From Synergistales bacterium (GTDB lineage: Bacteria > Synergistota > Synergistia > Synergistales > JAFGMB01): a stretch of 64,000 bases of DNA. The stretch spans positions 1,216,001 to 1,280,000 of the forward strand of contig OY762654.1 of assembly GCA_963666205.1 (NCBI GenBank), given 5' to 3'. The notes under the pieces were generated by a model, which saw only the letters and a list, made by a program, of their open reading frames with translations, had not been told where the DNA came from and made no database searches. Position 1 is the stretch's first letter, and every line of letters starts with the position of its first letter. Positions 21,842-33,093 of this stretch are shown in pieces. Position numbers and translations under genes: made by a program.

Positions 21842-23152
21842 GTGAATAAAGAAAACAAGATACTCCTTTTTATGGTAATGTCGCTATTTTTTACATACCT
21901 TCCATGGTACAGTTTTTCTGGAGTTTCCAACCTGATCACTGCAGAATTAGGCCTTAACACAACTCAACTGGGCTATATTCTTTCTTCCTTTCAGGTGGGG
22001 TATATAATAACCGTCCTCGTTACAGGTTTCCTTGCAGATTTATTCAGACCCAGAGCAGTAGTGCTTTTCGCTTCCCTGGGAACAGCTCTGACAGCAACCC
22101 TTTTTCCATTTCTGGCAAAGGGATTTTTGTCCGTCCTGATGTTGAGACTCCTGGTCGGATTATTTTCCGGAGCCATATATGCTCCGGGAATGGCCCTTCT
22201 CTCTTCCTGGTTTCCCCCGGATAAACGGGGAAAAGCCATAGGAGCCTACACGGCCGGCCTTACATTCTCCTATGCAGGAGGATATTTCATAGCATCACCC
22301 CTTGCCAGTGTTCTGGGATGGCGTACAGGAATGATGTGTTGTGCCATACCAGCTTTTCTGTCCGTGTTCCTGATCTATTTTTTCGTTTCTGACGGGATCC
22401 TCGAAAATGATTCGCCGGATAGCTGCCAGGAGAGTTCCAGGTCTGAACCGAATATGCCGGCACCTGCCCCAGAGGGCGGATTCTCCGGCCCTGCAGTTCT
22501 AACTTTCGGCTATATGGGGCATATGTGGGAACTTTATGCTTTCTGGGGATGGATCGGCCCCTTCCTTGTAGCCAACTTTGTACATGCCGGATTCCCCTTA
22601 AGCAGAGCTGTTTCTTTGGGAGGAGTAGGTGCTTCCATGGCCATCGCAGCCGGCGCCATAGGAGTATGGATGGCAGGTTCTATTTCTGACCGGATGGGAC
22701 GCATAAAAGTTATAATAGCAGCTTCTTTATGCAGCATCCTGGGGAATGGGATCTATGGTTTTACCTTTGGAAAGGGACTGGCAACAGTTGCATTACTTGG
22801 AATATGGATAGGATTCTGGTCCATCGCGGATTCTGGAATTTACAAGGCAGCCCTGACGGAGATGACCCGACCAAGGATCCGGAGTACGGCATTGGGGATC
22901 CAGTCAGCCATTGGCTATCTGCCAACAGTAGTAGCGCCTGTCGTTTTCGGGAAATTACTTCAGATCTATAATCCTGGTATAAAGGAAGTGAGTAATGCCA
23001 CTAACTGGAGCATGTCCTTCCTGGTTCTCGGTATAGGAGCACTTGTCGCACCTCTTGCCATGTTGTGGCTTCTGCGGATACCCCAGTCAATATTGATCAA
23101 CCATAAGCCTGATCGAAACATCACCGGAGGAAACGGGCCAGCCGAACGTTAA
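21842..23152 (+). CDS. MFS transporter
   Basis: About 12 hydrophobic segments; GFLADLFRPR and SISDRMGR motif-A-like loops; WFPPDKRGKAIG. Confidence 0.9.
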   Translation: MNKENKILLFMVMSLFFTYLPWYSFSGVSNLITAELGLNTTQLGYILSSFQVGYIITVLVTGFLADLFRPRAVVLFASLGTALTATLFPFLAKGFLSVLMLRLLVGLFSGAIYAPGMALLSSWFPPDKRGKAIGAYTAGLTFSYAGGYFIASPLASVLGWRTGMMCCAIPAFLSVFLIYFFVSDGILENDSPDSCQESSRSEPNMPAPAPEGGFSGPAVLTFGYMGHMWELYAFWGWIGPFLVANFVHAGFPLSRAVSLGGVGASMAIAAGAIGVWMAGSISDRMGRIKVIIAASLCSILGNGIYGFTFGKGLATVALLGIWIGFWSIADSGIYKAALTEMTRPRIRSTALGIQSAIGYLPTVVAPVVFGKLLQIYNPGIKEVSNATNWSMSFLVLGIGALVAPLAMLWLLRIPQSILINHKPDRNITGGNGPAER

Positions 23153-23214
23153 CATCATTTGATACCCTTATTGCATGTGATAGATCATCTGATCTACTTT
23201 ACATCCTGGACATT

Positions 23215-23640
23215 TTATGAATTGAATGCCATTAATATCTCTACATGTCCTGTATGAATATCAATTTGTTCTTTTATCATTTTAAATCCGCATTTTTTAT
23301 AAAACTCGATACTATCACGATTTTCCTTATACACGGTAAGATTCAAGTTCTTGCTGACTTCCTTCGACTTATCAACAAGCTGTTTGCCAATACCCTTTCC
23401 CTGTTCCTTCGGGGAGACAAAGATCGCGGCCAAGGTTTCTCCGCATAAAGCAACAAAGCCTTTAATCATTCCATCTTCCTCAAATACGAAGATTTCGCTT
23501 CCAGGTAAATAGATTTCACGCATGTCAATAACTTTTGATTCCCAAAACCCTTTTTCTATAAAATTGTGTGCCTTTATTGAGGCTTCAAGCCAAATGCTCA
23601 AAATCTGATCTATATCGGGCTTTTGGTAAGCACGAATCAT
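23215..23640 (-). CDS. GNAT N-acetyltransferase (YjaB/YiaC-like)
   Basis: AHNFI..FW, IFVSPKEQGKGIGKQL, VYKEN..FYKKCGF. Confidence 0.9.
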   Translation of the reverse strand: MIRAYQKPDIDQILSIWLEASIKAHNFIEKGFWESKVIDMREIYLPGSEIFVFEEDGMIKGFVALCGETLAAIFVSPKEQGKGIGKQLVDKSKEVSKNLNLTVYKENRDSIEFYKKCGFKMIKEQIDIHTGHVEILMAFNS

Positions 23641-23672
23641 CCCTTATCTCCTAGTATATTATTGGGGAAATG

Positions 23673-23770
23673 TATCTGCGGAATAAACTCAACTATATAT
23701 AACGTTGGCATCACGTGATGTACTTATTGTATATTACAAATCCTATCCTATCTTTATTAACATAGGATAT
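23673..23770. repeat. Full copy of the two-armed intergenic repeat
   Basis: 23673-23713 is identical (41 bp) to 34458-34498; 23723-23770 matches 35176-35223 at 46/48. Confidence 0.9.
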
Positions 23771-23997
23771 TCAACTGTTTTTCCCCGCATTTCAAATGGA
23801 CCTAATACAGGGAACAGGCCACTTGAATACTTTTTCTGGGTCCTTATGGGTATTGAGATTGTTTCGGACTCAATTGATTTTGCGATCTAGTGAGTTGAGA
23901 TTGGTATGGCCTAAAATCAAGCTAATGAAATAAAGAAGTTCAGTAAGGGTTGAATGTTATAACAATATATAGAAAGTACCAGCATGAAACACTTCTT

Positions 23998-24309
23998 TTA
24001 TTGTTCAGCATCATTTTCTCTCTGATTCTTCTTTTTATAAATCATGGAAATATTAATCATTGCGTACCAGATTACTCCGACTAGCAATGGCTGAATTCGA
24101 TTTGAATTACCTATCGCAAAAGAAGCTCCCAAAGCTGCAAACATAGCAATAAAAATATGAAAAAGACGGATAAGAATTATTTGATGGTTCAATTTAGATA
24201 TAATTTTTTCAAAAATCCAGAATAAACATAGTGCTATTGCTCCAAATGGCAAAGACCCTCCAAATGCATAAATCAGGACATCAGAAAACTGTTTCATAGT
24301 AATACGCAC
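23998..24309 (-). CDS. Small hypothetical membrane protein (about 3 TM)
   Basis: AAGGAG RBS, hydrophobic segments, AT-rich. Confidence 0.55.
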   Translation of the reverse strand: MRITMKQFSDVLIYAFGGSLPFGAIALCLFWIFEKIISKLNHQIILIRLFHIFIAMFAALGASFAIGNSNRIQPLLVGVIWYAMINISMIYKKKNQRENDAEQ

Positions 24310-24580
24310 TCCTTAAGAACAAAGCCTGATCTCAACAGAAACATTAAGAACATTCCTTGATCTTATCTATAATAGTACCAATCAAGGACCCTGCCACAAA
24401 ACCTATTAGTCCAGATTTATAACTACTCCCTTCAAAATTGACCATTCCTCCAAGAATAGCACCTAATACAGCACATTTGGTCATCCAATTATTTTTGATT
24501 CCAAACAATGTTCTCCCTCATTTCATACTATATCTGTTCTACAATAGAATATTGCATATACACAAATATAGAACGCTTTG

Positions 24581-24615
24581 AAAAAGAGTGCGGGGTTAGC
24601 TTTCACCCCGCACTC
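24581..24615 (-). terminator. Intrinsic terminator after atoE
   Basis: gagtgcggggt/accccgcactc stem with a T-run on the minus strand. Confidence 0.75.
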
Positions 24616-24670
24616 AAAAGTTCGGTTACATACATACGTAAGTGTGTTGTCCTTAAAGTATAACAATACT

Positions 24671-25996
24671 TTATATGAGTAAAAATACGGCAGAACAAAT
24701 AATCCCTGCCAGAATAGCAACCATTACACAATATCCCATTATGTCCCTTACACTCAGATTTGCAATGGCCAATAGAGGAAGTGCCCAGAACGGCTGAATC
24801 TGGTTCGTCCAGGAATCTCCCCAGCAAAGGGCCATAGCGACTTTTGCAGAAGACACCCCTAGTGCGTGTCCTGCTGGAACCATGATAGGACCTTGCACCG
24901 CCCATTGCCCTCCGCCTGACGGAACAAATAAGTTAACAAGTCCTGCACTTAAAAAGGTGTATAGGGGGAATGTCCTGGCAGTAGAAATACTGACAAACCA
25001 GTTTGACATCCACTCGGCAAGACCTGATGTTCTCATCATTCCCATTATTCCTGCATAGAAGGGGAACTGGAGAGCAATGCCACCTGCGGCCTTTATGGCA
25101 TTGTTGATTGACTCCATATACCTTCTCGGGGACTTATATGCAAAGATTCCAAGGGTGAGGAAAATTAATATCACTATATCAAGGGTCAAACTAAACCCTT
25201 TAGTCATAAAGTGATTAACAATTACTACTGAGCCTGCTATTCCAAGAAGTAAGGAGAGAATGAGACTATTATCCAGTTTCTTAGCTGGTGAATCAGACAC
25301 TTCAGCCATGATTGGTTTCTCATCTGCAAACATATTTGGATCAACCTCAAGGATGAGGTCTCCTTTTTCTTCCCGGGGATACATGAAAATGTACAGAAGG
25401 GGAATAGCGATCAAAAGAGTCAAGCTCAAGATAATGTTCCAAGAACTGTAAAGAGTTTCGGTAACCGGAACAATTCCAATAATATCTTCAAGGAAATGCT
25501 TAGGTGTCGCTATAACCAGAGGGATACTTGAAGAAGGACCGCGCATCAGATTTCCGCTATAAGCCGCCGCTACGATAATCGGATAGTGCAATTTCTTGCC
25601 ATAATCTTTCTTCGCTAATTCTTTTGCTACCAAAGCTCCTGCAATCAAACCGAATGCCCAGCTTAAATAACTGCACAGAGCAGCCAATGTAGCGATGAAC
25701 CATACAGCCTGAACAGGACTTTTAGGAATTCCCGTAAGAGCTTTAAGGCCTTTATGTACAATCGGAGAATTGGCCAGAGCATGTCCTGTTATCAGAACAA
25801 ATATCATCTGCATGGTGAACTTATACAGACTGAAGAATCCCTTTCCCCAGTATTGGGTCATTTCCATTGGGCTTTTATGCATAATCCCCATACCCATTAG
25901 AAAAACAATAATACTCAAAATAATAGCAAAGGTAAACGGCTGAGGAAGCCAACGTCTCACAAGTCTGACAAAAAAGTTTGTCATAGCTCTAATCAC
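24671..25996 (-). CDS. atoE: Short-chain fatty acid transporter (AtoE)
   Basis: HYPIIVAAAYSG, QFPFYAGIMG, FVPSGGGQWAVQGP, QPFWALP. Confidence 0.92.
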   Translation of the reverse strand: MIRAMTNFFVRLVRRWLPQPFTFAIILSIIVFLMGMGIMHKSPMEMTQYWGKGFFSLYKFTMQMIFVLITGHALANSPIVHKGLKALTGIPKSPVQAVWFIATLAALCSYLSWAFGLIAGALVAKELAKKDYGKKLHYPIIVAAAYSGNLMRGPSSSIPLVIATPKHFLEDIIGIVPVTETLYSSWNIILSLTLLIAIPLLYIFMYPREEKGDLILEVDPNMFADEKPIMAEVSDSPAKKLDNSLILSLLLGIAGSVVIVNHFMTKGFSLTLDIVILIFLTLGIFAYKSPRRYMESINNAIKAAGGIALQFPFYAGIMGMMRTSGLAEWMSNWFVSISTARTFPLYTFLSAGLVNLFVPSGGGQWAVQGPIMVPAGHALGVSSAKVAMALCWGDSWTNQIQPFWALPLLAIANLSVRDIMGYCVMVAILAGIICSAVFLLI

Positions 25997-26122
25997 ATTA
26001 ATCCACCTCCAGATATCTTAATGTTCAACCCAAAACTTCTTATCAAGTTAAACCTATATGAAATATTTCACCTCCTACCGGCTCTTATTCTTAATGCTCA
26101 AACATCGAGAATCGCAAATCTC

Positions 26123-26806
26123 TTACACTTCCATCTTGCAAAGGTTTTCAGAAACCTTAAACTTCGCTTCAGTTACCTCTATTAATTCTTCCAATGATAT
26201 TTCCGGTGCAATTTCTTCAAGATATAGTTCTTCATCCCTGAATCTAAATAGACCAAACTCAGTCACAACCACGTCTACTTCTCCAAAACCGGTAATGGGA
26301 AGCGAACACTCCTTCACTATTTTGGATGTTCCCTTCTTGGTAATATGCTGCATGGCTACGTAAACCTTTTTGGCTCCTGTAACCAGGTCCATTGCCCCAC
26401 CAACACCCAACTGTTTTCCGTTCGGGATTATCCAGTTAGCAATATTAGCTTTTTCATCGACCTCGAAAGCTCCAATAACAGTTGCATCTATATGGCCTCC
26501 TCGGATCATCCCAAAAGACATGCTACTATCAAAATAACAACAGCCCTTTGTTTCAGTAATAGCTATCCGCCCCGCATTAATCAGGAGACAATCCTTTTCT
26601 TCTTCACAGGCAGCTGGACCAACACCCAACATTCCATTTTCGGCCTGAAGAAAAACTCTGTTGCTCTCTATATAGTCTGCTATCATAGTAGGTATTCCCA
26701 CTCCAAGATTGATAAACAGATCCTTCTGCTCACTCTGAGCTGTGAATTCCATTGCAATCCTTTTTGCAATTCTTTTTTTTGCTAATTCACTATCTAACGT
26801 TTTCAA
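26123..26806 (-). CDS. atoA: 3-oxoacid/acetoacetate CoA-transferase beta subunit
   Basis: NLGVGIPT, QAENG (catalytic Glu), IRGGHID, GGAMDL; start set at TTG after RBS. Confidence 0.88.
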   Translation of the reverse strand: MKTLDSELAKKRIAKRIAMEFTAQSEQKDLFINLGVGIPTMIADYIESNRVFLQAENGMLGVGPAACEEEKDCLLINAGRIAITETKGCCYFDSSMSFGMIRGGHIDATVIGAFEVDEKANIANWIIPNGKQLGVGGAMDLVTGAKKVYVAMQHITKKGTSKIVKECSLPITGFGEVDVVVTEFGLFRFRDEELYLEEIAPEISLEELIEVTEAKFKVSENLCKMEV

Positions 26807-26811
26807 CCTGT

Positions 26812-27483
26812 TCACCCCCTTAAAACCATTACATCTACAAAAAGATGTGGCGTGACAACACATTCAGGATCAAGCTCTCCTCTGGGAACAAGTTCTCCAA
26901 CTTCAGCAATCACAAGATCTGCCGCCATTGCCATTATTGGATTAAAGTTCCTGGCTGTTTTGTAATAAGAGAGATTACCTAACTCATCAGCCTTTAGTGC
27001 TGAGATAAGAGCAACATCTGCATGGACAGCCTTTTGAAGCAAGTATTCCCTTCCATTGAATATCTTGGTCTCTTTCTTTTGCCCCAGTTCTGTTCCAACT
27101 GCTGTCGGAGTATAAAAAGCGGCAACTCCTACTCCAGCCGCTCGTATCGCTTCTGCAAGAGTTCCCTGGGGGATGAGGTCAACATCGATTTTCCCCGAGT
27201 TATAAGCTTCTGCGACTTCCGGATTCCAGTTGTAATATGTACCGATTAAACCCTTTACCTTACCAGCAGTCAGCAATCTACCTAGCCCCACATTAGGAGA
27301 ACCCAAGTCATTACTTATGATCGTCAGATCACCAATATCAAGTTCACAAAGGGCATCTATCAACATTTTAGGGTCCCCTGAATTCCCAAAACCGCTTATC
27401 ATGATGCTTGATCCAGATTTGATCATCTTCATTGCTTCATTAAGTGATTTAAGTTTTGGACATTTGGAATCAATAGAGGGCAT
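26812..27483 (-). CDS. atoD: 3-oxoacid/acetoacetate CoA-transferase alpha subunit
   Basis: PQGTLAEAIRAAG, KADELGNL, ARNFNP. Confidence 0.88.
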   Translation of the reverse strand: MPSIDSKCPKLKSLNEAMKMIKSGSSIMISGFGNSGDPKMLIDALCELDIGDLTIISNDLGSPNVGLGRLLTAGKVKGLIGTYYNWNPEVAEAYNSGKIDVDLIPQGTLAEAIRAAGVGVAAFYTPTAVGTELGQKKETKIFNGREYLLQKAVHADVALISALKADELGNLSYYKTARNFNPIMAMAADLVIAEVGELVPRGELDPECVVTPHLFVDVMVLRG

Positions 27484-27519
27484 ATATATCTCTCCTTGTC
27501 GATAAAATGATTTACAGGT

Positions 27520-28713
27520 CTAAAACCGCTCATATATTGTTGCCATGCCCAAGCCACCAGCAATACATATAGTAGCCAGACCATACCTGACATGGCGTTT
27601 TTTCATTTCATGAAGCAGAGTCACTGTGATCCTGTTGCCAGAACAACCAAGGGGATGCCCTAGAGCTATGGCACCACCATTAACATTTGTTATTTCCTGA
27701 TTCAGACCCAACTCTTTTATACAGGCCAGGCTTTGTGCGGCAAAAGCTTCATTAAGTTCGATCAAGCCAATATCTTCCAGCTTTAGCCCAGACCTACTCA
27801 AAGCCTTCTGTGTAGCAGGAACTGGCCCTATACCCATGTACCGAGGGTCTACCCCAGATGCAGTACCCACAACAAATCGTGCCATTGGTTCTAAACCGGA
27901 TTTTTTTAGCATAGTTTCTGACATCAGGAGAACAGCAGAGGCCCCATCGTTTCTTCCTGAACTGCTTCCTGCAGTCACTGTCCCATCAGATTTGAAAGCT
28001 GGCTTTAGCTTTGCCATTTTCTCTATAGAAACATCTCTTCGTGGAAATTCATCTACTTTAAATTCAATGGGATCACCTTTTTTTTGTGGGATGAGGACAG
28101 GCACTGTTTCATCCTCAAATTTACCTTCATCAATTGCCTGAACCGCTCTCTTTTGGCTTGTAAAAGAAAACATATCCTGCTCTTCTCTTGAGATGCTGTA
28201 CTTTTCAGCAAGATTTTCTGCAGTCATACCCATTATCAGATGTCCATATTTATCTTCAGGCTGTGAACGAGGCTGACTTTCAGTATTAGGATCTAATAGG
28301 AGACCATTCCCAGCTTTATAACCAAATCTTGCTTTTCTTAAATAAAACGGAGCTGTACTCATACTCTCAACTCCACCAGCAATAACTACATCAGAGTATC
28401 CAGTCATGATCTGCAAAGCACCATTTACGATTGACTGCATTCCGGATGCACATTGCCTATGGACAGTATAAGCGGGCATTTCTTCAGGAAAACCTGCCAT
28501 TAACGAAGCCAACCTGGCAATATTGGGACAGTCCGTAGACTGCTTTGCTTGTCCCAGAATGACCTCATCGACCATACCGCTCTCAATGGAGACTTTCTCA
28601 AGCACGCCAGAAATAACAACCCTTGCTAACTCCTCTGCCGGGATATTCTGTAAGGCCCCTCCTAATTTCCCTCCTGCAGTACGAACAGCAGAAACAACAT
28701 ACACACTCTCCAC
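27520..28713 (-). CDS. atoB: Acetyl-CoA C-acetyltransferase (thiolase)
   Basis: CASG, NEAFAAQ, GHPLG, CIAGG. Confidence 0.92.
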   Translation of the reverse strand: MESVYVVSAVRTAGGKLGGALQNIPAEELARVVISGVLEKVSIESGMVDEVILGQAKQSTDCPNIARLASLMAGFPEEMPAYTVHRQCASGMQSIVNGALQIMTGYSDVVIAGGVESMSTAPFYLRKARFGYKAGNGLLLDPNTESQPRSQPEDKYGHLIMGMTAENLAEKYSISREEQDMFSFTSQKRAVQAIDEGKFEDETVPVLIPQKKGDPIEFKVDEFPRRDVSIEKMAKLKPAFKSDGTVTAGSSSGRNDGASAVLLMSETMLKKSGLEPMARFVVGTASGVDPRYMGIGPVPATQKALSRSGLKLEDIGLIELNEAFAAQSLACIKELGLNQEITNVNGGAIALGHPLGCSGNRITVTLLHEMKKRHVRYGLATICIAGGLGMATIYERF

Positions 28714-29160
28714 GACAACACCCCCGAATGAAATCTATAATGCCAGCAGAATAAGATACCTTTTTACTGAAATATTAGAATTGAAGATATATTTAGAGTC
28801 TTGCATGAAATCTTGCATCCCCCATAAAATGCGGTTGAAATATTCCATTCATTCGCATTATAAAACAGAATGTGTAAGAATTCCAGAGAGAATGTCCAGT
28901 AAGAGATTTTGTTATTTTTCTTTTCTATATCCCTATGAATTATTTTGGTGGGTGCTACAGAATTGAGATACTGCTCTGAACATTATCTTGGGATACATAC
29001 TATGTCTTTTATTTCGATTTCAAACATCGAAAAACAGCATAGGAGAGTTACTCGTTCCAATTGTATGGGAGAGATTGAGAGTAATTTATTAAGATGGGTT
29101 TTAATAGTTCTCCATGAAAGACATTGCTTTTGAAAAGCAAAAATCCTTTAATGATAGAAA

Positions 29161-30036
29161 TTACACGATAGGAGGCGTCTTCCTTTTCCAACCAACATAA
29201 ATTTCTTCCTGATCCCAGATCTCTTCAAAGTCTTTCAAGGTGTCCTGTCCTTCCTTCCCGAATTTTCTCACCACCGATACTATCAGAGCATTCAAGATGC
29301 TCATTGTGGGCGTAAGAGAAATAACAAATGAGACCGGGGGAGCTTGAACTACCAGCGGAATATCAGATGCCATTGCAACAGGAGAAGTGAGGCTGTTTGT
29401 TATTGATGCCGTCTTTATCCCAATCGAATGAGCATACTCCAATAAACGTACTGTCGCCCTTGAGAATCTACCAGTACATATGCCAATCAAAAGGGGGTTT
29501 TGAGTTTTGTTTTTCGCCTTTAAGAGCCTTTCAAAGGCAAAATCTTTATCCAAAAGATTAATTGCCGGAAGAAACCACGAGAGGTACATATTAAGAAAAT
29601 AAGCAGTGGCATAACTGCCTCTGCTGGCGACAATATATACAGCATCAGATTTTATCAAAGCATCGGCTATGCTATCTAATGCTTTATAATCCAGATTAGT
29701 AATTGTATTTAACAATGCTTCATTATCGTCCATCAGAATTTTAGTAGTTACATCATCCTTTCCAGCAGAGCTGATGTAAGTATTGTGTTCCTCAAAGGGG
29801 GTACATAGTTTAATCAATGACTCCTGGATGGAGCTTCTCATGGCAGGGTAACCATCATACCCAAGAGCTAAAGCGAATCTTACAACAGTAGATTCACTTA
29901 TCCCAACTCTTTTGGCTAATTCAGCAGCAGTAAGGAATGCAACTTCATTCATTCTTTCAAGGATATACTCGGCTATTTCTAAATGTGATGCCGATAGTTC
30001 CGGTAGTTTAGACATTATGCGATCTTTGACCATCAA
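29161..30036 (-). CDS. MurR/RpiR family transcriptional regulator
   Basis: ELAKRVGISESTVVRFALALGYDGY HTH plus SIS domain. Confidence 0.9.
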   Translation of the reverse strand: MMVKDRIMSKLPELSASHLEIAEYILERMNEVAFLTAAELAKRVGISESTVVRFALALGYDGYPAMRSSIQESLIKLCTPFEEHNTYISSAGKDDVTTKILMDDNEALLNTITNLDYKALDSIADALIKSDAVYIVASRGSYATAYFLNMYLSWFLPAINLLDKDFAFERLLKAKNKTQNPLLIGICTGRFSRATVRLLEYAHSIGIKTASITNSLTSPVAMASDIPLVVQAPPVSFVISLTPTMSILNALIVSVVRKFGKEGQDTLKDFEEIWDQEEIYVGWKRKTPPIV

Positions 30037-30534
30037 TAATCTCCTTTAACTCAATTGATTAAAAACTCTTCTATCGATTAAAACCAGACTTTTACGCTTA
30101 TAGTTATTTCCCATATATAAGCTTGTTATTATCACACACTATTACTAACTATTGCTGATTATACAAGATTCCTCTCTGCATACGAAGTAAATCAACATAC
30201 ATCCCGTGAAAACCCTTGACATAATCTCTTGCTAAAGAGGGTGAAAAATATTTTATTATGTACATATACTTGAATCATAGAAAAAATTGCAGCAAAGACG
30301 TTATCTGGACTTAGGATACATATCAATAGGCGGGATTCGCTACTCCCCTGTTATTTAATCGTTTACTATCATTAAAAAATTTTAATTAAGTTATTAAAAT
30401 CAATTCATAGCAATTGTATGAACATGACTTACCTGATACAAAACAAGCAAACTGTCTATGCCCCAAAAGAAGACACCTGTAATACATTCACAGGCATCTC
30501 CTTTTGAGGAAATATTCTCTTGCCATATAAGCAA

Positions 30535-31713
30535 TTAGCGCTTTATTACAATGGAGACGCCTTGCCCTCCTCCGATACAGGCAGTGGCCAAACCCAATTC
30601 AAGGTCACGATTTTTCAAAGCATATATAAGGGTGGTTAGGATTTTCGCACCAGTTGCTCCTACAGGATGACCCAAAGCTATAGCACCGCCATAAATATTG
30701 CATTTCTCCATATCAAAAGGCATTTTCCTGTTTACGGCCAGAACTTGTGCTGCAAATGCTTCATTTAATTCAATTAAATCCATGTCATCCAGGTTTAAAC
30801 CGGCTTTATCAAGTGCCTTTGGAGTGGATATAACGGGCCCCAGACCAAAATATCGTGCATCTAAAGCACCACTGGCATAACCAATAATTTTCGCCAGAAT
30901 CGTGTACCCTTGAGAACGGGCCCAGTCTTCATCTGCCACAATAATGGCACAACCTGCATCACATAGCGCCGAACTACTTCCAGCTGTGATAGTACCATTT
31001 TCTTTAAATATAGCTGGCAATTTACTCAGTTTTTCAAGACTAGTATCCCTTCTAGGTATTTCATCAGTATCAAATATTACGTCACCCTTTTTCCGGTCTT
31101 TAATAGTAACTGGAATGATTTCATCCTGAAAATTTCCGTTATCAATAGCGTCAATTGCTCGGAGGTGACTTCTCAGGGTAAATTCATCCTGTTCCTGCCT
31201 TGATATATGAAAGTCTTCAACTAGCTGTTCCGTCGCTGTACCCATTATCACATTCGATATCGGACAAATAAATCCATCCCTATGCAAGGCATCTGGAACA
31301 CGTTTTTCTCCCATCCTATGTCCCCATCTGGCATCAGGCAGCAAATACGGAACATTCGAAGCACTTTCCATGCCTCCTGCTACAATAACCTTTGAGTCTC
31401 CTAATCTAATCTTGTCTGCTGCTAACATCACAGACTTGATACCAGACCCACATCTCTTGTTAATGCTGAAGGCTGGAATACTCTGAGGAAGACCCGCCCG
31501 GTAGAGCGCTATTCTAGCCGGATTAGCTCCTACTCCAGCCTGCCAGCCAATACCAAGGATGACTTCATCGATATCCTCGTAACTTACACCACTTCTTTTT
31601 ATTGCTTCAGAAACGGCATATGCGCCAAGATCAGAAGCATCAAAAGGTTTTAAACTCCCTCCAAATTTCCCACCTGGAGTCCTACAGGCACTTATAATTA
31701 CCGGGTTTCCCAT
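30535..31713 (-). CDS. Acetyl-CoA C-acetyltransferase (thiolase), second paralog
   Basis: CGSG, NEAFAAQ, GHPVGATG, CIGGGQG. Confidence 0.92.
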   Translation of the reverse strand: MGNPVIISACRTPGGKFGGSLKPFDASDLGAYAVSEAIKRSGVSYEDIDEVILGIGWQAGVGANPARIALYRAGLPQSIPAFSINKRCGSGIKSVMLAADKIRLGDSKVIVAGGMESASNVPYLLPDARWGHRMGEKRVPDALHRDGFICPISNVIMGTATEQLVEDFHISRQEQDEFTLRSHLRAIDAIDNGNFQDEIIPVTIKDRKKGDVIFDTDEIPRRDTSLEKLSKLPAIFKENGTITAGSSSALCDAGCAIIVADEDWARSQGYTILAKIIGYASGALDARYFGLGPVISTPKALDKAGLNLDDMDLIELNEAFAAQVLAVNRKMPFDMEKCNIYGGAIALGHPVGATGAKILTTLIYALKNRDLELGLATACIGGGQGVSIVIKR

Positions 31714-31745
31714 AAATTAGCCCCTCCTAGAAAATGTATTCTCCT

Positions 31746-32420
31746 TTAGTCAATCCCTTCCATAGTGGACAGGGCATCGGAAACGGTAAATTCAGCAGTA
31801 ACATTATTTGTAATATCTTCTACCGTTACCTCTGGAGCAAGTTCACAAAGGGATAAAGTCCCTTCATTAACCCTGAAAAGACAATACTCTGTCACAATAG
31901 TGTCTACGACACCAACCCCTGTCAGGGGCAGGGTGCATTTCTTAAGGATTTTGGGTTCACCTTTTTTAGTTAGCAAAGTAGTCGCTATGATAACCCTTTT
32001 CGCTCCTGTCACCAGGTCCATAGCCCCTCCCATGCCCGGGATAATCTTGCCTGGTATCCACCAATTAGCGATATTGCCATACTGGTCTACTTGAAGTGTC
32101 CCAAGAACAGTGGCGCTGAGATGTCCTCCCCGGATCAGCCCAAAACTAAAATCACTTGCAATAAGTGATGCTCCGGGGAGCAATGTGAGGCACCTTCCCC
32201 CAGCCCCTATGAATCTCAAATCTTCAGTTGCGGGTTTTGGACCAGCCCCTATAACTCCGTTTTCTGCCTGAAACACAATACTGATATCATCAGGAATATA
32301 GTCTGACACCAGGGTAGGTATACCAATTCCCAGATTAACTACTGAACCATCCTCAAGATCAAGAGCAATCCTTTTTGCAATTCTATGCCGTACCTGTTCT
32401 TCATCAAGTGCGCTCAGCAT
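31746..32420 (-). CDS. CoA-transferase beta subunit, second paralog
   Basis: NLGIGIPT, QAENG, IRGGH, GMGGAMDL. Confidence 0.9.
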   Translation of the reverse strand: MLSALDEEQVRHRIAKRIALDLEDGSVVNLGIGIPTLVSDYIPDDISIVFQAENGVIGAGPKPATEDLRFIGAGGRCLTLLPGASLIASDFSFGLIRGGHLSATVLGTLQVDQYGNIANWWIPGKIIPGMGGAMDLVTGAKRVIIATTLLTKKGEPKILKKCTLPLTGVGVVDTIVTEYCLFRVNEGTLSLCELAPEVTVEDITNNVTAEFTVSDALSTMEGID

Positions 32421-33093
32421 AATATGAATCCCCCTTCATAACTACAAAATCCACAAGTATACCTGGAGTAATAATTTCGTTGGGATCCAATTCACCCAAT
32501 TCGACAACTTCATCCACTTCTGCGATAACAATATCGGCAGCTGTAGCCATAGCAGGATTAAAGTTTCTGTTAGTACCAAAATAAGTCAGGTTGCCTGCTT
32601 TATCAGCCTTATGGGCCTTTACTAGTGCCACATGGGCCCGTAGCGGCAATTCAAGAATATATTTCTTTCCTTCTATTTCAAGGACTTGTTTACCTTCCTC
32701 ATGAACAGTCCCCACACCAGTTGGGGTAAGGATTCCACCCAATCCAAAACCACCTGCTCTTATCCTCTCAACAAAAGTTCCTTGTGGTACCAATTCAAGC
32801 TCGATCTTTCCTTCATTAAAAAGCTTACCTGTAATTTTATTGAGCCCAACATGTGATGCGATCACTTTTGCAACCTGCCCATTTGCGACAAGCTTCCCAT
32901 GACCTACATCCTCATAGAGAGTATCGTTCGCAATAAGGGTGATATCCCTTACCCCACTTTCAATAAGAGCATCAACAAGGGTATAGGGAACCCCACCGTA
33001 ATTGAAGCCTCCTACCATTACCCTTGACCCATCTTTAATATGACTTACACTCTCTTCAGGTGCAACTATAGGTTTCATGCGAATGGAAACCAC
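32404..33093 (-). CDS. CoA-transferase alpha subunit, second paralog
   Basis: PQGTFVERIRAGG, ADKAGNL, RNFNP; GTG start after AAGGAGG. Confidence 0.88.
   Translation of the reverse strand: MVSIRMKPIVAPEESVSHIKDGSRVMVGGFNYGGVPYTLVDALIESGVRDITLIANDTLYEDVGHGKLVANGQVAKVIASHVGLNKITGKLFNEGKIELELVPQGTFVERIRAGGFGLGGILTPTGVGTVHEEGKQVLEIEGKKYILELPLRAHVALVKAHKADKAGNLTYFGTNRNFNPAMATAADIVIAEVDEVVELGELDPNEIITPGILVDFVVMKGDSYYAERT

Noticed and set aside
23673-23770. Repeat as canonical integron attC or Xer dif site
   Set aside because: No RYYYAAC...GTTRRRY long hairpin, and only a partial match to dif arms by eye; kept as an unclassified site
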